Assembly (NCBI GenBank): GCA_023245115.1
Contig: JAHFKX010000041.1
Location: 1 to 7,630 of the forward strand
Length of the DNA stretch: 7,630 nt
Reading direction: 5' to 3'
Origin: Candidatus Woesearchaeota archaeon
GTDB taxonomy: Archaea > Nanobdellota > Nanobdellia > UBA10117
Numbering within the stretch: the first letter of the stretch is position 1; every line of letters begins with the position of its first letter. This document shows positions 4,998-7,630 of this stretch, piece by piece. The translations under genes and the position numbers were made by a program. Below the pieces are notes generated by a model that saw only the letters and a list, made by a program, of their open reading frames with translations, did not search any database and was not told where the DNA came from.

Positions 4998-5810
4998 TTA
5001 TGTGGTGTTGTTTTCAGGACTTGTGCTGCGTGTTTGCTTGATGTTTATGCCAACTTTTTTCAGCTTATAGTCCGCACCAGTTAATGTGATTTGCAGATTG
5101 CCGATGACTTCTGAGGAACCTTTTTGGATTTCATAAATGTTATTTCCTATATCAAATGTCGCAGCCTTATTTTCTTCATCTATTGTGAGCAGCTGAACGC
5201 GTTTTGGGAATGCCGTAATAGTATCATATGGTTTTAAGATAAAGTTTTCTGGAGTATTTGAACAGCCGTACGAGGTGCAGGCAACATCACAGTGTGTGAC
5301 AACGCGTTCTGTGCATCCGTCATTGTTTGTGTCTTTACATAGTACATGATCGTTGCTCTCGCATACTGGATAGTCTACGACGTTGCACTCGTTTTCGCAT
5401 TTTGCAAAATCGGAGAATGATGTAATGAACCATGTTTTTCCTTTTTGGAATTCAATTGTGATTAATTCTGTTTTATTGTCTTTGCTTATGTTGTAGATTG
5501 CGTATGCATTATTAGAATCTTTCTTGAAAACATCTACTAAATCTATTTTTGCATCCGCAAACTTTTCAGAAAGCCGTTTCGTGAAGCTGGAATTTGAGCC
5601 TGACTTGACTGTATCTGGCGAGAGCTCTGCAAAAACTTTGTCAAAGTGTTTCGCATCTATAGAAGTTTCTACATCTTTTGCCAGAACGAATGCGCCGGTT
5701 GGCGTGCCAGTGCCATGCGAAGCAAAATAAGCCAGTGCAATCAGCATTATAACAAAGGCTGTAAAGATGGATATTTTCCTAGGACTGAGTCTAGTAATCA
5801 CTTCCCCCAT
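4998..5810 (-). CDS. Membrane-anchored or secreted Cys-rich hypothetical protein (270 aa)
   Basis: It has an N-terminal hydrophobic helix (ISIFTAFVIMLIALAYFA). Eight Cys fall within about 50 aa (CENECNVVDYPVCESNDHVLCKDTNNDGCTERVVTHCDVACTSYGC). A TATA-like box (5832-5839) lies about 25 nt upstream of the ATG at 5810. Confidence 0.65.
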   Translation of the reverse strand: MGEVITRLSPRKISIFTAFVIMLIALAYFASHGTGTPTGAFVLAKDVETSIDAKHFDKVFAELSPDTVKSGSNSSFTKRLSEKFADAKIDLVDVFKKDSNNAYAIYNISKDNKTELITIEFQKGKTWFITSFSDFAKCENECNVVDYPVCESNDHVLCKDTNNDGCTERVVTHCDVACTSYGCSNTPENFILKPYDTITAFPKRVQLLTIDEENKAATFDIGNNIYEIQKGSSEVIGNLQITLTGADYKLKKVGINIKQTRSTSPENNTT

Positions 5811-5900
5811 GAATTCAGCCGTATTTGGGAATTTTTAAAGATTATTGAAATCCAGCGCACAGATGTAAATGACACTTTATCTTAGCGTAATATGGAAAGG

Positions 5901-5908
5901 TTTATAAA
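5901..5908 (+). promoter_or_regulatory. TATA-like box for the 5932-7344 three-gene cassette
   Basis: TTTATAAA is centred about 27 nt upstream of ATG 5932. Confidence 0.4.
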
Positions 5909-5931
5909 GCCCGCTCTAGTAAAAGCTGCGT

Positions 5932-6327
5932 ATGGTACATTCGGATGAGATAAATGGTTATGTTCTAGAAACACCAACCGAGCTGCGTTTAATACGACAG
6001 TCACGGACGGGGTGGGTAATTGCAAAGCGCGTATCACTTGAAAGACCTGTTGCATCGCCACAGGATATTTTGCATCGTTTGTCTGTCGGCAAGGCGTTAA
6101 TCGACATGGTTCCCGCGGAAGAAATTGGTGAGCTAAAAGAAAAAATAGATATTCCAATTACAAAGGAAACAAAAGCTTGGGCGTACCGTGGGCCAAACCC
6201 AAACGCACGCGTAGCCGAAGATGTTTTGACTGGCCTGCTTCGTGCGCGTTCAGTCGTTTGGTTTAATGGCGAGTCAGGCCAGTATGAATACAGGGCGCTG
6301 GGCCTGGCAATCAAATGGGGCGAGTAA
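5932..6327 (+). CDS. Hypothetical protein (131 aa), first gene of the cassette
   Basis: The ORF has a correctly spaced TATA box and is followed by tightly packed same-strand genes. The antisense ORFs are Ser/Arg-rich and lack such signals. I recognise no family. Confidence 0.55.
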   Translation: MVHSDEINGYVLETPTELRLIRQSRTGWVIAKRVSLERPVASPQDILHRLSVGKALIDMVPAEEIGELKEKIDIPITKETKAWAYRGPNPNARVAEDVLTGLLRARSVVWFNGESGQYEYRALGLAIKWGE

Positions 6328-6332
6328 ACATA

Positions 6333-6842
6333 ATGGAAAAAGAACTAGGTTTATTGAATGACATTATTTCGCGCGCCGGAAGAGAGAATGACAAGGCAAG
6401 AACAGCGAGTTACAACATCCTAAAAACTAATTTGAAATTTGCCGGCTTTGAATTACTTAGCGAATTTGCTGTTATTTACAGCACTAATCCACCTATGCGG
6501 TGGCCTAAGGTTTTGCGCCAAGGCCACTATTGTGCTATTCAAAAAGATGGTAATTATTATGTTGTCCGTGTAGATGAACTTTGGGACGGAGGATATGGCA
6601 TCGCAACGCCCCGCGAATTTAAGTCTTTCGGGGACGTTGTTGTGGTTGGCAAAATTCCAAGTGCAGATGGCCTGGCCGATAAGCATTTAGTTGATGACGA
6701 TGCCCTTTCGTTGGAATCCAAGCTAGAGCGAATCGACAATGCAGAAGAGTTACAGCGCGCTATGTTGCCAGCATTCAGGGCTTCAGAGCAGGGAATAAAA
6801 GCAGTTGAGCAAAGCAGGCTTGCCGCACTAGGTATGGCATAA
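6333..6842 (+). CDS. Hypothetical protein (169 aa), paralog of the next gene
   Basis: I prefer ATG 6333, which lies 5 nt after the upstream stop, over ATG 6315, which overlaps the upstream gene by 13 nt. It shares motifs with the 6844-7344 product: ILKTNLKFAGFE vs LLETNLGVAGFD, NPPMRW vs KPPYDYW, and YYVVRVDELW vs IYVIYVPTAW. Confidence 0.6.
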   Translation: MEKELGLLNDIISRAGRENDKARTASYNILKTNLKFAGFELLSEFAVIYSTNPPMRWPKVLRQGHYCAIQKDGNYYVVRVDELWDGGYGIATPREFKSFGDVVVVGKIPSADGLADKHLVDDDALSLESKLERIDNAEELQRAMLPAFRASEQGIKAVEQSRLAALGMA

Positions 6843-6843
6843 A

Positions 6844-7344
6844 ATGTTTGACGAACGAATAAAAAAATCAACTGAGGAGCATTTGGCAGAAAGAAAAATT
6901 GAAGCTGGCATATTAGACAGAAATTTACAGAAATCTGGATTTAAGTTACTGGAAACTAATCTTGGGGTTGCTGGTTTTGACAGTCGCCTTATAGGTAAAG
7001 AACTTCGCGTATTTCATAAACCGCCTTACGACTATTGGTATGATGTAGTTCAGTGGCAGGGCGATGGCGATAAAAGTATTTATGTCATTTATGTTCCAAC
7101 AGCTTGGAAAAAAGTAAATGGCGCATATTATGGACGACCATGGCAGCGGTCAGAATTTGAGTCTTTGGCCGGATTTATGGCTCCGGAGATATTAGGTGCC
7201 ACATCGACCTTCGGATATGCTGGCAGGATATCTGCCCTAAATGATGCAGTAATTCGGGCTGGCCAGGAAACAGCGGCTTTCCGCAATGACACTCTAACAA
7301 AAAGGTTTCGCGATATGAGGACCAAGGCGCTTGCAGCCCGATAG
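6844..7344 (+). CDS. Hypothetical protein (166 aa), paralog of the previous gene
   Basis: It starts 1 nt after the upstream stop (TAAAATG). The paralogy motifs are listed for the previous feature. Confidence 0.6.
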   Translation: MFDERIKKSTEEHLAERKIEAGILDRNLQKSGFKLLETNLGVAGFDSRLIGKELRVFHKPPYDYWYDVVQWQGDGDKSIYVIYVPTAWKKVNGAYYGRPWQRSEFESLAGFMAPEILGATSTFGYAGRISALNDAVIRAGQETAAFRNDTLTKRFRDMRTKALAAR

Positions 7345-7417
7345 ATTTAAAAACCCAAGGCATCCACAAATAACCGTTATAAGTTCTACAAATAAACAAA
7401 GTGTCTAGGTGAAATAA

Positions 7418-7630
7418 ATGTCTGAACAGGTAAAGCAGAAAAAAGGAACAACAACTGTTGGATTAGTTTGCAAGGATGGCGTAGTGCTGGCCGCGGACAA
7501 GCGGGCCTCGATGGGCTGGCTGATTGCGAATAAAGATGTAGAAAAAATATTCCCGGTATCTGGCTTCATCGCCCTGACACTGGCAGGCTCGGTTTCTGAT
7601 GCCCTGAATATATCAAAGCTCCTGAAAGCG
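7418..7630 (+). CDS. psmB: Proteasome subunit beta, N-terminal 71 codons (continues beyond window)
   Basis: Absent from the ORF track because it is open at the edge. Translation: MSEQVKQKKG|TTTVGLVCKDGVVLAADKRASMGWLIANKDVEKIFPVSGFIALTLAGSVSDA. This is a short propeptide followed by the catalytic Thr and the GxxxKDGVVLAAD pattern of archaeal beta subunits. GGTGA lies 7 nt upstream of the ATG (SD-like), so unlike its neighbours this gene seems to have a leader. Confidence 0.9.
   Translation, partial: MSEQVKQKKGTTTVGLVCKDGVVLAADKRASMGWLIANKDVEKIFPVSGFIALTLAGSVSDALNISKLLKA

Noticed and set aside
5524-7399. Other shadow ORFs: 4073-4261(+), 5524-5730(+), 5646-5885(+), 5882-6157(-), 5958-6314(-), 6453-6686(-), 6557-6871(-), 7128-7325(-), 7175-7399(-).
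   Set aside because: They are antisense or off-frame to longer ORFs that have correctly spaced TATA boxes and operon-like packing. The 118-aa antisense ORF at 5958-6314 was the closest call. It is Ser/Arg-rich and has no promoter signal.

Overview
This is a gene-dense window that looks archaeal. Evidence: an Ogg2-type 8-oxoguanine glycosylase, a proteasome beta subunit with a TTTVG active-site N-terminus, and A/T-rich TATA-like boxes centred 23-28 nt upstream of most start codons, which suggests largely leaderless mRNAs. I support 14 CDSs, two of which run off the window edges and are absent from the ORF track. In order: a ZIP metal transporter (partial), an endonuclease III-like glycosylase without the Fe-S cysteines, a rubredoxin-domain protein overlapping an ASCH/DUF3850 protein, Ogg, a hypothetical protein, a SpoU/TrmH methyltransferase, a DEDDh exonuclease, a small protein with a ribosomal-stalk-like C-terminal tail, a Cys-rich membrane-anchored protein, a three-gene cassette of unknown proteins (two are tandem paralogs), and proteasome beta (partial). 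The most unusual element is non-coding. At 3739-4054 on the minus strand, a perfect tRNA acceptor stem and T arm enclose 316 nt. Hand folding resolves this into a tRNA-Val(UAC) gene split by what appear to be three introns of 99, about 43 and 102 nt, so about 77% of the gene is intronic. Two of the introns have bulge-helix-bulge motifs, and a 5-nt micro-exon carries G18G19. All structure calls were made by eye, with no software and no database search.
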